Shown here in pieces: positions 30,241-38,922 of a DNA stretch of 64,000 nt. Where the stretch lies: NCBI GenBank assembly GCA_041750655.1, contig JBGSYZ010000017.1:4142-68141 (forward strand), read 5' to 3'. Positions within the stretch are counted from its first letter, which is position 1, and each line of letters begins with the position of its first letter. Both the position numbers and the translations under genes were made by a program. The notes under the pieces were generated by a model, which was given only the letters and a program-made list of their open reading frames with translations, had not been told where the DNA came from and did not search any database. The DNA comes from Minisyncoccia bacterium (lineage in GTDB: Bacteria; Patescibacteriota; Minisyncoccia; Phycocordibacterales; UBA918).

Positions 30241-30927
30241 ATGATCACATTTGAACAGATTTATATCAATATTTCTCGCCACAAAATGGCTTTTTTTGGG
30301 GTTTTTTTCCTGGTTTCTCTGGTGACATATGCTATTTTGTTTGCCTTAGATTTCTACCCAGAACCAAAAACTGAAGAAGTAACAAAAGAAATAGTTTCTG
30401 AGGTTACGTCTCTCGGATACTTACACGATGTACAAACTGATACTGAGAAACAACCAGTTGAAACAAAAGACATTGTTCCGGTTGGTGATGAATTACCAGC
30501 TCGAATCATTATTCCTAAAAGCGACATTGATATAACAGTATTAAATCCAGAATCATTAGATTTAAATGATTTAGATACTGCTCTGTTAGAAGGTGTGGTC
30601 CGACACCCACAGTCAGCAGATTTTGCTGATGAAGGGAATATTCTTATATTTGGACATTCCAGCTACTTACCAACTGTATTTAACAAAAATTTTCAGGCCT
30701 TCAACGGCATACAAAATTTATTGTGGGGTGATGAAATTACTTTAGTTTCTCAAGATGGAATCGAATACAAGTATCGAGTAAACCGCGTATACAAGGTAAA
30801 GGCGAGCGAAACCATTATTGATAATGCTCGTGGTACAGCCAAGCTCACGATTGTGACGTGCAACAGCTTTGGTTCAAAGGATGACAGGTTTATTGTTGAA
30901 GCTTTGTTAGTTGAGAAAAATACCTAA
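30241..30927 (+). CDS. Sortase-family transpeptidase. The start is uncertain: the ATG at 30241 lies about 5 nt after the predicted TSS, and the alternative ATG is at 30286.
   Basis: An N-terminal TM anchor 'FFGVFFLVSLVTYAILFALDF' is present. The His motif is 'ILIFGHSSY' and the catalytic Cys motif 'LTIVTCNSFG' matches TLxTC. Confidence 0.7.
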   Translation: MITFEQIYINISRHKMAFFGVFFLVSLVTYAILFALDFYPEPKTEEVTKEIVSEVTSLGYLHDVQTDTEKQPVETKDIVPVGDELPARIIIPKSDIDITVLNPESLDLNDLDTALLEGVVRHPQSADFADEGNILIFGHSSYLPTVFNKNFQAFNGIQNLLWGDEITLVSQDGIEYKYRVNRVYKVKASETIIDNARGTAKLTIVTCNSFGSKDDRFIVEALLVEKNT

Positions 30928-30929
30928 GG

Positions 30930-30981
30930 ATTGTGCGGGCTGATTTGTGGCTAGGGAAAGCCACAAATCAGCCCGCACAAT
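30930..30981. repeat. 23-bp perfect inverted repeat with a 7-nt loop. It forms a hairpin and has no U-tract.
   Basis: 'ATTGTGCGGGCTGATTTGTGGCTagggaaaGCCACAAATCAGCCCGCACAAT'. Confidence 0.7.
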
Positions 30982-31023
30982 AATGTGTAGGTATGATAGC
31001 TCTTTGAGAAGGAGGGGCGTCAA

Positions 31024-31551
31024 ATGCTCACTACATTGCGATTTCTGGCGCTTTTCGCGCTTTTCGGTATTACCGCCTGTGTGGCAACTGAGCCACATGG
31101 TGCACCACCAGCTTATCCGCCAGAGGTAAGACAGAGCACAGCCGGTGGTGTGGTTGTGATTGAATTGACTGACATCAATGGCACACGATTGAGCTCAAAT
31201 ACTCACCGGTGTGATGTCTACGTCGGCATTCCAAACTCGCTTAACTGGCAATATGCTTTCGGCAGTTTTACGCCGAATAGGCGAGAGCTTCGGCTCAACT
31301 CACGTCAGTGGGAGATCGCCCGTAGCGAAACAAGGTTGGTGGCCACTTTCGAAGTGACTCAGTCTTATGGCCGACGTTACGAACAGCGTGAATTCACGAT
31401 GTGGTTTGCTCCGGGAACCAACTACGCAGAAGTACAAGTCCGTTTGCCGGCGTGGTGTCGCCGCCCGTTAAATCGTGGGAGGTACAACCCCTACGATGAT
31501 TTTCACATCGATGGGAAGTTCCCGTACGAACGGGAACAGCCTGATTGGTGA
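31024..31551 (+). CDS. Hypothetical lipoprotein
   Basis: SD 'GAAGGAGGGG' is present. The signal plus lipobox is 'LALFALFGITAC'. Local GC is higher than the surroundings. Confidence 0.6.
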   Translation: MLTTLRFLALFALFGITACVATEPHGAPPAYPPEVRQSTAGGVVVIELTDINGTRLSSNTHRCDVYVGIPNSLNWQYAFGSFTPNRRELRLNSRQWEIARSETRLVATFEVTQSYGRRYEQREFTMWFAPGTNYAEVQVRLPAWCRRPLNRGRYNPYDDFHIDGKFPYEREQPDW

Positions 31552-31620
31552 TATTGAAAACAGGGAAGTGGCGCGGGACTTCATCCCGCGCCGACCCTAA
31601 TATTAGCTATACTTAAAACA

Positions 31621-31649
31621 TTGACATTTTTCAATAAATGGTGTAAAAT
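31621..31649 (+). promoter_or_regulatory. Sigma70-like promoter followed by a roughly 200-nt 5' leader containing a GC-rich hairpin (31783-31811)
   Basis: TTGACA, a 17-nt spacer, then TAAAAT. The leader hairpin is 'CCTCCGCggccgcgtactGCGGAGG'. Confidence 0.5.
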
Positions 31650-31849
31650 AAAAATAAGTGTAGCTCTCCAGTTTTTTAAAATAATTAAATTAAAGTAACA
31701 AATTCGCTCGTGTTTTGAGCTGTCTTTTTTGTAATCAAAGAGTATATTACAAAGCAGAAAGCTCGCCGCACATGAAGTGCGCAGCCTCCGCGGCCGCGTA
31801 CTGCGGAGGGAGAAATTTGAACATTCACACAACAAAGAAAGGGTACGTC

Positions 31850-32287
31850 ATGCGTATCAAAAATTCACTTTCGATTCTGGCCTTGTTGCTGGTTGTCCTG
31901 GCTGGCTGTGCGGAAAGCACAACTGCCCACAAGTCCGCTCCGGTCTATTCCGGCGGCGGTTCTTCTGGGGGTAACCCCTATGGAGGGCTCCAAGACACCC
32001 GACCTGACGGCAACGTTGGGGGTTTGGTGTCCGGAGGGAACGTTGTGACCCGACCCAATGAGGTCGGGCCTGTTGCCGATGACAACGTCTCAACCCCCCC
32101 GGGAAAGATTACGAGCCCGGTTACTGGTGCTGGCGGAGGTTCTTCCTCCACCGGAACAACCGGTGGTGGGGCTGGTGGTGCTGGCCCGACCAATCCAGGG
32201 GGGACCAATACCGGAACAACTGGCGGCGGCTCACCTACGAGCACCGACGCTGGCAACAGCAACAGTTTTGGTCCCATAAGCAGTTAG
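31850..32287 (+). CDS. Gly/Thr/Pro-rich lipoprotein. The start is the internal ATG with an AAAGAAAGGG SD. The ORF track begins further upstream at 31715.
   Basis: 'MRIKNSLSILALLLVVLAGC' is a lipobox. The remainder is low-complexity GGxG/TTGGG. Local GC is about 60%. Confidence 0.55.
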   Translation: MRIKNSLSILALLLVVLAGCAESTTAHKSAPVYSGGGSSGGNPYGGLQDTRPDGNVGGLVSGGNVVTRPNEVGPVADDNVSTPPGKITSPVTGAGGGSSSTGTTGGGAGGAGPTNPGGTNTGTTGGGSPTSTDAGNSNSFGPISS

Positions 32288-32296
32288 GAGTTCGCA

Positions 32297-32749
32297 ATGA
32301 ATTTTCGTTTCGTAGCGTTGGCGTTGGGTTTTGTGTTTGCTGGCAGCTCTGTGATGGCATGCAGCGAATACAAGGTCAGCGATTGTCCGCCGAATCCGAT
32401 TCCGGCGGTAGTCAAGTTCAAAGGTGAACAGACAATTCCTAAACCCATCACGGTCTGGGTATGTCACCCATATTGGGATCGCCTCAATGGTGACCCTGCC
32501 AAGGGAGAACGGTGGTGGGGACCTACCATGAAGTACCAAAGGACCGGCTGGAAAAAAGACCTTCAGCCGATTCTGACCAGGTGTAAGAAGTTCTCGGTTC
32601 GTGCTGGGACATCTATCACCACCCTGGCTTCGTGCCTGGAAGGTCGGGAAATCTCGACTGGCCCCATGACTGTTTCGGGAACCTACCTGATGGGGCTCCC
32701 TCGCCCACCCAAGGGCGACCCGAAGTCAGGCTTGTTCTTGGGTTCATGA
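32297..32749 (+). CDS. Small Cys/Trp-rich secreted or lipoprotein, hypothetical
   Basis: The signal peptide is 'FVALALGFVFAGSSVMAC'. The 150-aa protein contains 7 Cys. Confidence 0.5.
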   Translation: MNFRFVALALGFVFAGSSVMACSEYKVSDCPPNPIPAVVKFKGEQTIPKPITVWVCHPYWDRLNGDPAKGERWWGPTMKYQRTGWKKDLQPILTRCKKFSVRAGTSITTLASCLEGREISTGPMTVSGTYLMGLPRPPKGDPKSGLFLGS

Positions 32750-32854
32750 TCTTTGGAGAGTGCCAGCGCTTTGCGTTGGCACTCACCACTATTTTTATTT
32801 CTAATATTCTTGCGTACGGGTGTAGGTGAGAATATTACGAGTTAGAAATTATAT

Positions 32855-35800
32855 ATGAGTAAAATTAATAATGTATTTAAAACTTTTGCTATAGCTTCGC
32901 TGTTATTGGTAGTTGGGTTTTTGGTAGTACAAACTGTTTCTGTACCACAAATTGCTTCTGCGTATGGTGATAGTGGCTGTGGCGACTGTGGCGGTGGCAC
33001 CCCTGGTGGTGACACGGGCGGCGGTAGTTCTTCAAATCCCCCAAGTTGTAGTATTGATGCAGACATTACTTCAGTTGTAGCTGGTGGTAAGTATGTAATT
33101 ACATGGAAGGGTACACCAACAAACGCGACGTTTAAAGTGAATAATTCATTGGTTAAAGCTAATGATTCTGCAACCTACACATTTGATGTGGGAAACGAAT
33201 ACGAGCGATACGTTATTTACGGTGTAAATAGCGATGGTGAATGTGCTGATGAGGTCATTGTGTACCAAAAGACACAGGCTCCTATCTGTGATATTAGTGC
33301 TAACGTGACTTCGGTCAACGAAGGTGGCCAATACACTATTTCGTGGAATGGAACTCCAGCGGCTGCTTCATTTAAAATTAATGGTTCTCCAGTAACTGAT
33401 TCTGGATCAAAGACCTTTACATTTGTTGGTCCAAATCAGGACAAGTTCACTATGACCGGTAGTAATGGTTCGGCAACGTGTCAAAAAGAAGTAGTGGTCA
33501 CAAAAAAGGTTGTTACCACTCCTGATCCAGTTTGTACACTCAGTGCGGCACCGAAAACTATCGAGAAAGGACAGAGCTCTGTGCTTACGTGGACAACCGA
33601 TAATGCTACTCAAGTGGCGATCGATAAAGGAATTGGTGTTGTTACGAATCTTGATGGTTCAACCACGATTTCTCCAACCGAGACCACTACCTACACCCTT
33701 ACTGCCAGTGATGGCAAAAAACAAGTACAGTGCCCAGTAACTATTACAGTAACTGAAAAGCCAGTAGAAAAAGAATGTAAGCTACAAATTACCAAGTCGG
33801 TAAACAAAGCTACAGCTAAGATTGGTGAGCAACTTACTTATACTATTAGCGTAAAGAATGTTGGAACGGGTGACTGTACCGGTGGCGGTGTGAAGATTAT
33901 AGATGTTCATGATACTGGACTTCAGTATGTTTCAGAAACACACTCAGACAATCTAAGTGCTGGGTACAACTCTGAAGCACTATATACTGAAAGTTCAAAG
34001 ACACTTCGTTGGAATGGTCACACGCTGACACCTGGAGAAACAGGAACTATTACTTGGATTGGAAAAATCAAAGAGCGTGAACAGTGCGGTAACTTTGAAA
34101 TTTTAAACAAAGCTAAAACTACTGCTAAGGAATTAAACAATTTTGAAACTTGGGTAACGAGTAACCAAGTAGAGACTTTGGTGGAAAATAAGTGTGATGA
34201 AACACAACCATCATGTGAAATGACTGGTAATCCAAAGACTATCAAGAAAGGTGAATCGAGTACGCTAACGTGGAGCTCAACTAAAGTAACCGAAGCGAGT
34301 ATTGATCAAGGTGTTGGGGTGGTAAATCTAAGTGGTTCAAAGGTGGTTTCACCAGCGACAACCACTACGTACACCTTTGAAGGTAAGTTTGGTGGTGAAG
34401 ACTACCTGTACTGTCCCGTTACTATAACTGTAACAGAAGAACCCCAACCAGAAGCTCCAACGTGCGACAGCTTCTCTGCTACGCCGAACAGCTTTAATAA
34501 CGGAGTTGGTGGCGGTGTGACTCTAACGTGGACTACTACTAACGCAGACAGCGTTACTATTGACCACGGAGTTGGCACGGTACCGGTTGATGGTTCGACC
34601 GGAACTTCAGTCACTGATGACACTACATTCACTCTTACTGCTGTAAAAGGTGATACGTCTGTTTCTTGTCCAGTTACTGTAACTGTAACAGACCCAGAAA
34701 CACCAACCCTCTCATGTGATTCATTTTCAGCTTCACCATCTTCACTTCCACGAGGTGGCGGTAATACAGTCCTTACTTGGACTACTACTGGTGCAACTAA
34801 CGTATCGATCAATAATGGAGTTGGGACAGTAGCGGTTGATGGAAATGTTTCAGCTAATGTTACAGCTGAGACTACCTACACACTCACTCTCCGAGATGAT
34901 TTGGGTAATACTAAGACTTGTGACGCAACAGTCTTAGTAGCGACTGGCGGTGGTGGTGGCGGAGGAAGTGTTTCACCACGTTGTGAACTTACTATCTCTG
35001 ACACCAAAATTAAGTCAGGCGATAAAGTCACTCTCTCTTGGGATAATACTAGTACTAACGATATGGTGCTCGAAGACAATCGTGGCAATGTACTTATCGA
35101 TACCGAAAAGACTACTAAATACGATGAAGACGAAGGTTCTATTACAGTGAACCCAACGCGTGATACTGAGTACACTATGACTGTGTCTCGAGGAAGTCGT
35201 GACCGTGTCTGTCGAGTAAAGGTTGAAATGGATGATGATGTAACTGTTATTTCAACTCGAACTCAGACTCCACAAGTGGCTGGTATCTCACTTACTCAAG
35301 TACCATACACTGGATTCGAAGCAGGACCATTCCTCACTTTACTGTTCTATTCATTACTCGCTGTCTGGGCCGCGTTCATCGCATACATGATTGTGGTAAA
35401 AGAACAGACAGTAGCGGGAATTTCTCTCAGTGGAAACAAAGTCGTAACAAATAACAATAATGGTGTTTGGGAGGATCTGGTTGACCAAATGCACGATACT
35501 CTAGACAAGGATGATACCGGTGTAGTCGCAACCACTGCTGTAGCAGCTACTCCATACATCAGTCCAGTTAAGAATGATGATGGTACACCAGCTAATCTAC
35601 CAACTGGCGAAGCGCCAATCATGGGCTACAAGTCATTGGTTGAAAACATTGCTCCAGTAGCCGAAGAAGAAGTTGATGCTATGACTGATCTTGAAAATGC
35701 CGCTCACCTCAAGCAAGCGTTACTTTCGAGCGATGCTATCAACTACTTCATGGATAATTATTCAGACGCAGAAGCCCGCTTTAAAGCACTTACGAACACT

Positions 35801-36232
35801 ATCGAAAAAGCTAACGGTGAATTCCCGAGCGAGAGTGGTTGGATGGTATTGAACCTAGAACGTGTTCAAGAACTAAATAAAGTTGACGCGACTGCTGAAT
35901 CTGTACGTTTTGTTCCCGACACCCGAGTCGGAGTGAGCTCACTGGCTGAAGCGATTGTGACTGGTAATGTAGCGGCTGCTTACAGCATGATTGATAATCG
36001 TCCGATGTTTGCACTCGCTGATGCGGCTGCCGACCTTGACGCTGTCTACCGAGCCCGAAAGGGAATTGAAGCTGAAGTATCAAGTTTACTTGCTACTAGC
36101 TCAGCTCAGTTATCTGATTCGCAAGTTGAATCAATGATTAAAGCGCTCACATCAGCTCTTGATGGGGCATACACTGACGAAGAGTCAGCGGTTAAGATGG
36201 CTATTATGAAGGCTGTTAAGATTGCTGGCTAA
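32855..36232 (+). CDS. Large cell-surface protein. Domain order: signal peptide, tandem Ig-like domains, a DUF11 repeat domain, a Gly-tract, a sorting-signal-like 'VPYTG' plus TM plus KEQ, then a roughly 280-aa C-terminal tail.
   Basis: The signal is 'IASLLLVVGFLVVQTVSVPQIASA'. There are five or more roughly 90-aa repeats, each 'C.....TSV..GG.Y.I.W.GTP...F' or ending 'TTTYTLTA'. The DUF11 segment is 'KSVNKATAKIGEQLTYTISVKNVGTGDC'. The sorting-signal-like region is 'LTQVPYTGFEAGPFLTLLFYSLLAVWAAFIAYMIVVKEQ'. Confidence 0.7.
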   Translation: MSKINNVFKTFAIASLLLVVGFLVVQTVSVPQIASAYGDSGCGDCGGGTPGGDTGGGSSSNPPSCSIDADITSVVAGGKYVITWKGTPTNATFKVNNSLVKANDSATYTFDVGNEYERYVIYGVNSDGECADEVIVYQKTQAPICDISANVTSVNEGGQYTISWNGTPAAASFKINGSPVTDSGSKTFTFVGPNQDKFTMTGSNGSATCQKEVVVTKKVVTTPDPVCTLSAAPKTIEKGQSSVLTWTTDNATQVAIDKGIGVVTNLDGSTTISPTETTTYTLTASDGKKQVQCPVTITVTEKPVEKECKLQITKSVNKATAKIGEQLTYTISVKNVGTGDCTGGGVKIIDVHDTGLQYVSETHSDNLSAGYNSEALYTESSKTLRWNGHTLTPGETGTITWIGKIKEREQCGNFEILNKAKTTAKELNNFETWVTSNQVETLVENKCDETQPSCEMTGNPKTIKKGESSTLTWSSTKVTEASIDQGVGVVNLSGSKVVSPATTTTYTFEGKFGGEDYLYCPVTITVTEEPQPEAPTCDSFSATPNSFNNGVGGGVTLTWTTTNADSVTIDHGVGTVPVDGSTGTSVTDDTTFTLTAVKGDTSVSCPVTVTVTDPETPTLSCDSFSASPSSLPRGGGNTVLTWTTTGATNVSINNGVGTVAVDGNVSANVTAETTYTLTLRDDLGNTKTCDATVLVATGGGGGGGSVSPRCELTISDTKIKSGDKVTLSWDNTSTNDMVLEDNRGNVLIDTEKTTKYDEDEGSITVNPTRDTEYTMTVSRGSRDRVCRVKVEMDDDVTVISTRTQTPQVAGISLTQVPYTGFEAGPFLTLLFYSLLAVWAAFIAYMIVVKEQTVAGISLSGNKVVTNNNNGVWEDLVDQMHDTLDKDDTGVVATTAVAATPYISPVKNDDGTPANLPTGEAPIMGYKSLVENIAPVAEEEVDAMTDLENAAHLKQALLSSDAINYFMDNYSDAEARFKALTNTIEKANGEFPSESGWMVLNLERVQELNKVDATAESVRFVPDTRVGVSSLAEAIVTGNVAAAYSMIDNRPMFALADAAADLDAVYRARKGIEAEVSSLLATSSAQLSDSQVESMIKALTSALDGAYTDEESAVKMAIMKAVKIAG

Positions 36233-36386
36233 AGTTTGTAAAATCCACAGCTACTTTGTTGCACTTCACTAAATAAGATTCATCGTACACTTGTACGCCT
36301 CATCATATTTAGCTAGTGCGCCGCGTATCTGAAAATTTTCTAAAACTTTAGTCTCTCAGAGATTGCTGTGGTAGTAACTTACTAGA

Positions 36387-36426
36387 GGCACGAAAAAACC
36401 CACCGTTAGGTGGGTTTTTTCGTGCC
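36387..36426. terminator. Bidirectional intrinsic terminator between the surface-protein gene (+) and thrS (-)
   Basis: 'GGCACGAAAAAACCCACCgttaGGTGGGTTTTTTCGTGCC'. Confidence 0.85.
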
Positions 36427-36439
36427 GTCTACACTTGCC

Positions 36440-38200
36440 TTACATCTTCTTCGTATCAATCTCGGCGAGCAGATGATTGGCAGCCTCATCGATGGTCATT
36501 TCTTTAGATTCTCCATTTCGTGATTCAAGGGTTACTTTTTTATCAGCCACTTCTTTGTCGCCCACGACGATAAAGTAGGGAAGTTTTTCGGTCTTAGCGG
36601 TGCGTATTTTCTTACCCATTGATTCGTTGCTGGTATCTATCTCTACTCGCAAGCCAACCCCGTTCATTTCATCAAATACTTTTTGAGCATAGTCATTGTG
36701 TGTATCGCTAACTGGAATGATGCGAGCGTGAACTGGTGACAGCCACAGAGGGAAGTTACCGCCATAGTGCTCAATCAAAATACCAAGGAATCGATCCGGT
36801 GAACCAATGAGAGCCCGGTGAATCATTACAATTCGCTCTTTCTCACCTTTTTCGTTGATACAAGTCAGATCAAATCGCTCTGGCATACTGAAGTCGAGTT
36901 GCACGGTTGAAATTTGCCACTCACGACCAAGCGCGTCAACTGCCATAATATCTATTTTTGGTCCATAGAAAGCAGCTTCACCTTCAGCTTCTTTACTCTG
37001 TACGTCCTTTTCGTCTAATAGTTCTCGAAGAATGCCTTGCGAACGTTCCCAAACAGCATCATCGCCCAGGTATTTTTCTTTATTGTTGGGATCGCGTAGT
37101 GATAACCGTAACCAATAATCAATACCGTAAGTGGCTAAGGCATCTTGAATTGCATCGAGAATGTTTGATATTTCTTCCCGGATTTGAATTTCACGACAAA
37201 AGACATGCCCGTCATCTTGAGCAAAAGCTCGAAGGCGAGTTAGGCCAGAGAGTTCGCCTGGACGTTCGTCGCGGTAGAGGTTGGCGAAGTCTGAATAACG
37301 GATAGGAAGGTCACGATAACTGCGGGGTCGTGAAGCGTAGATTTGAGTATGTTGAGGACAATTCATCGGCTTGAGGAACATTTCGTCATCAACGTATTGG
37401 GAAGAAACCGACAACATATCTTCTTTGTACTGGTCGTAGTGACCAGAGATTTTAAAGAGTTCGCCCTTGTTTACGTTTGGTGTGTGTACTTCACCAAAGC
37501 CGAGGCGATGATTGAGCTTGCGTGAATAATTAATAATATTATTTCGCAATAAATTTCCCTTGGGAGTCCACAGTGGCATACCACTTCCCACTAAATCTGA
37601 GAAGACAAACAAATCCATTTCTTTGCCCAACTTTCGGTGGTCACGCTTGCGAGCCTCCTCGCGGTCAGCCTCGTACTTTTCGAGTTCTTCTTTTGAGTCA
37701 AACGCTAAGCCATAAATACGAGTAAGCATTGGGTTTTTTTCATCACCACGCCAGTAAGCCCCGGCAATTTTGTCGAGCTTGAAACTGTCAGTGCTTATTT
37801 CTTCAGCCGGGTTTTCCGCGTGTCCGCCCCGACAAAGATCAGTAAACTCATTTTTGCCTTCACCAACGGTATAAAGAGTAATGGTCTCGCCCTTATCAGC
37901 AATTTCGTTGATGAGCTCAGATTTGTACTGGTTGTCTTTATATATTTCCAATGCTTCTTCCCGACTGACTTCTTTGTGAGAAAAATCTTTCCAATTGCCC
38001 AGCATTTTACGCATGTGGGTTTGGATTTTCTTTAAATCTTCCTCACCAGGAGTAGTGCCGCCGGAAAAATCAATGTCGTAGTAAAAGCCGTTGTCGATAG
38101 CTGGACCGAGGGTCAGTTTAGCGTGTGGGTAGTCAATCAAAACCGCCGCCGCTAAGAGGTGGGCAAGAGTATGTCTTTTTTGTTCTAAATTTTTGTCCAT
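36440..38200 (-). CDS. thrS: Threonine--tRNA ligase, short form lacking the TGS domain. The start is taken at ATG 'MDKNLEQKRHTLAHLLAAA'. The ORF is open to TTG 38242.
   Basis: 'HRKLGKEMDLF' and 'LGPAIDNGFYYD' are ThrRS motifs. The class II core and anticodon-binding C-terminus are present. Confidence 0.85.
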   Translation of the reverse strand: MDKNLEQKRHTLAHLLAAAVLIDYPHAKLTLGPAIDNGFYYDIDFSGGTTPGEEDLKKIQTHMRKMLGNWKDFSHKEVSREEALEIYKDNQYKSELINEIADKGETITLYTVGEGKNEFTDLCRGGHAENPAEEISTDSFKLDKIAGAYWRGDEKNPMLTRIYGLAFDSKEELEKYEADREEARKRDHRKLGKEMDLFVFSDLVGSGMPLWTPKGNLLRNNIINYSRKLNHRLGFGEVHTPNVNKGELFKISGHYDQYKEDMLSVSSQYVDDEMFLKPMNCPQHTQIYASRPRSYRDLPIRYSDFANLYRDERPGELSGLTRLRAFAQDDGHVFCREIQIREEISNILDAIQDALATYGIDYWLRLSLRDPNNKEKYLGDDAVWERSQGILRELLDEKDVQSKEAEGEAAFYGPKIDIMAVDALGREWQISTVQLDFSMPERFDLTCINEKGEKERIVMIHRALIGSPDRFLGILIEHYGGNFPLWLSPVHARIIPVSDTHNDYAQKVFDEMNGVGLRVEIDTSNESMGKKIRTAKTEKLPYFIVVGDKEVADKKVTLESRNGESKEMTIDEAANHLLAEIDTKKM

Positions 38201-38222
38201 AGTTTTTATAGAGTCGAACAAT

Positions 38223-38400
38223 TTAATTCCTGTGAGATTCAACGGCTTCGCGCCTGTTGGCGCTGCAGATGTTTCTCTACACAGGAATTAAATTGTTCGA
38301 TACGTTAATTTATTTTTTGTAATACTTAAAGGTTGCAGTTAAGGGCTGATAAAAATTGTTATTTAGGGAAACATCTGCAGCGCTCGCGCGAAGCCGTTGA
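38223..38400 (-). promoter_or_regulatory. Structured thrS 5' leader. A 12-bp inverted repeat encloses a 38-nt unit. An inverted copy of that unit lies about 75 nt away, which could form a long dsRNA stem.
   Basis: TTAATTCCTGTG pairs with CACAGGAATTAA. 'AGATTCAACGGCTTCGCGC..GCGCTGCAGATGTTTC' (38235-38275) is the reverse complement of 38363-38400. Confidence 0.5.
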
Positions 38401-38638
38401 TTCTAATAACTATTTTTGTCAGCCTGTTATGGTAATAGGATAAAAAATAGCCCAAGTAAATACACGAAAATAATGTACTTACTCGGACGATTTTAGTCGC
38501 GGTCCCACCGAGTTTCTGGGCGGTATACCGACCTCAGCACTTCGTTAATCAGATTAGGAGTTTCCTCGCAAAGCTGGCAGTTGGTAAGCGCCACAATCTC
38601 TGATACATAAATCCTACCGCGCCAGCTTAGTTTGTCAA

Positions 38639-38669
38639 TAAAAAAATCGCCGGGCCTGTAGGGCCCGGC
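38639..38669 (-). terminator. Intrinsic terminator (minus strand) after the small ORF downstream of dnaE
   Basis: On the minus strand 'GCCGGGCCCtacaGGCCCGGCGATTTTTTTATT'. Confidence 0.75.
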
Positions 38670-38677
38670 AATGATTA

Positions 38678-38884
38678 TTAGGATTTGTGTTGTCGGAGCA
38701 TAGCTCGCAGACATTCAGCTTGATGGGCTGTTGCTTCAGATGTTGTACCATGTCGTTTTTCGTCAATACACTCTTCAGCTTGACGAATCAGACCAGGTCG
38801 AGCATTAACTGGTATTTGCTCAATTTTGACACCAACTGCTCGGGCTTCATTTTGTAGAAAAATGTGTGCGTCAGACTCGGGCAT
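38678..38884 (-). CDS. Hypothetical small protein (68 aa) co-transcribed downstream of dnaE
   Basis: A strong SD is present ('GGGAGGAACAA ATG'). The ORF sits between the dnaE stop and the terminator. No family is recognised. Confidence 0.5.
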   Translation of the reverse strand: MPESDAHIFLQNEARAVGVKIEQIPVNARPGLIRQAEECIDEKRHGTTSEATAHQAECLRAMLRQHKS

Positions 38885-38922
38885 GTTGTTCCTCCCTGAA
38901 CATGTATACCTCTAAACGTAAA

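Noticed and set aside
38235-38400. T-box riboswitch upstream of thrS
   Set aside because: No T-box consensus (AATTAGGGTGGNACCGCG) or specifier-loop/antiterminator arrangement is visible. The element is instead reported as an uncharacterised inverted-repeat leader.
38493-38714. 73-aa minus-strand ORF downstream of the dnaE-associated small gene
   Set aside because: It overlaps the better-supported 38678..38884 ORF in another frame. An intrinsic terminator lies inside it.
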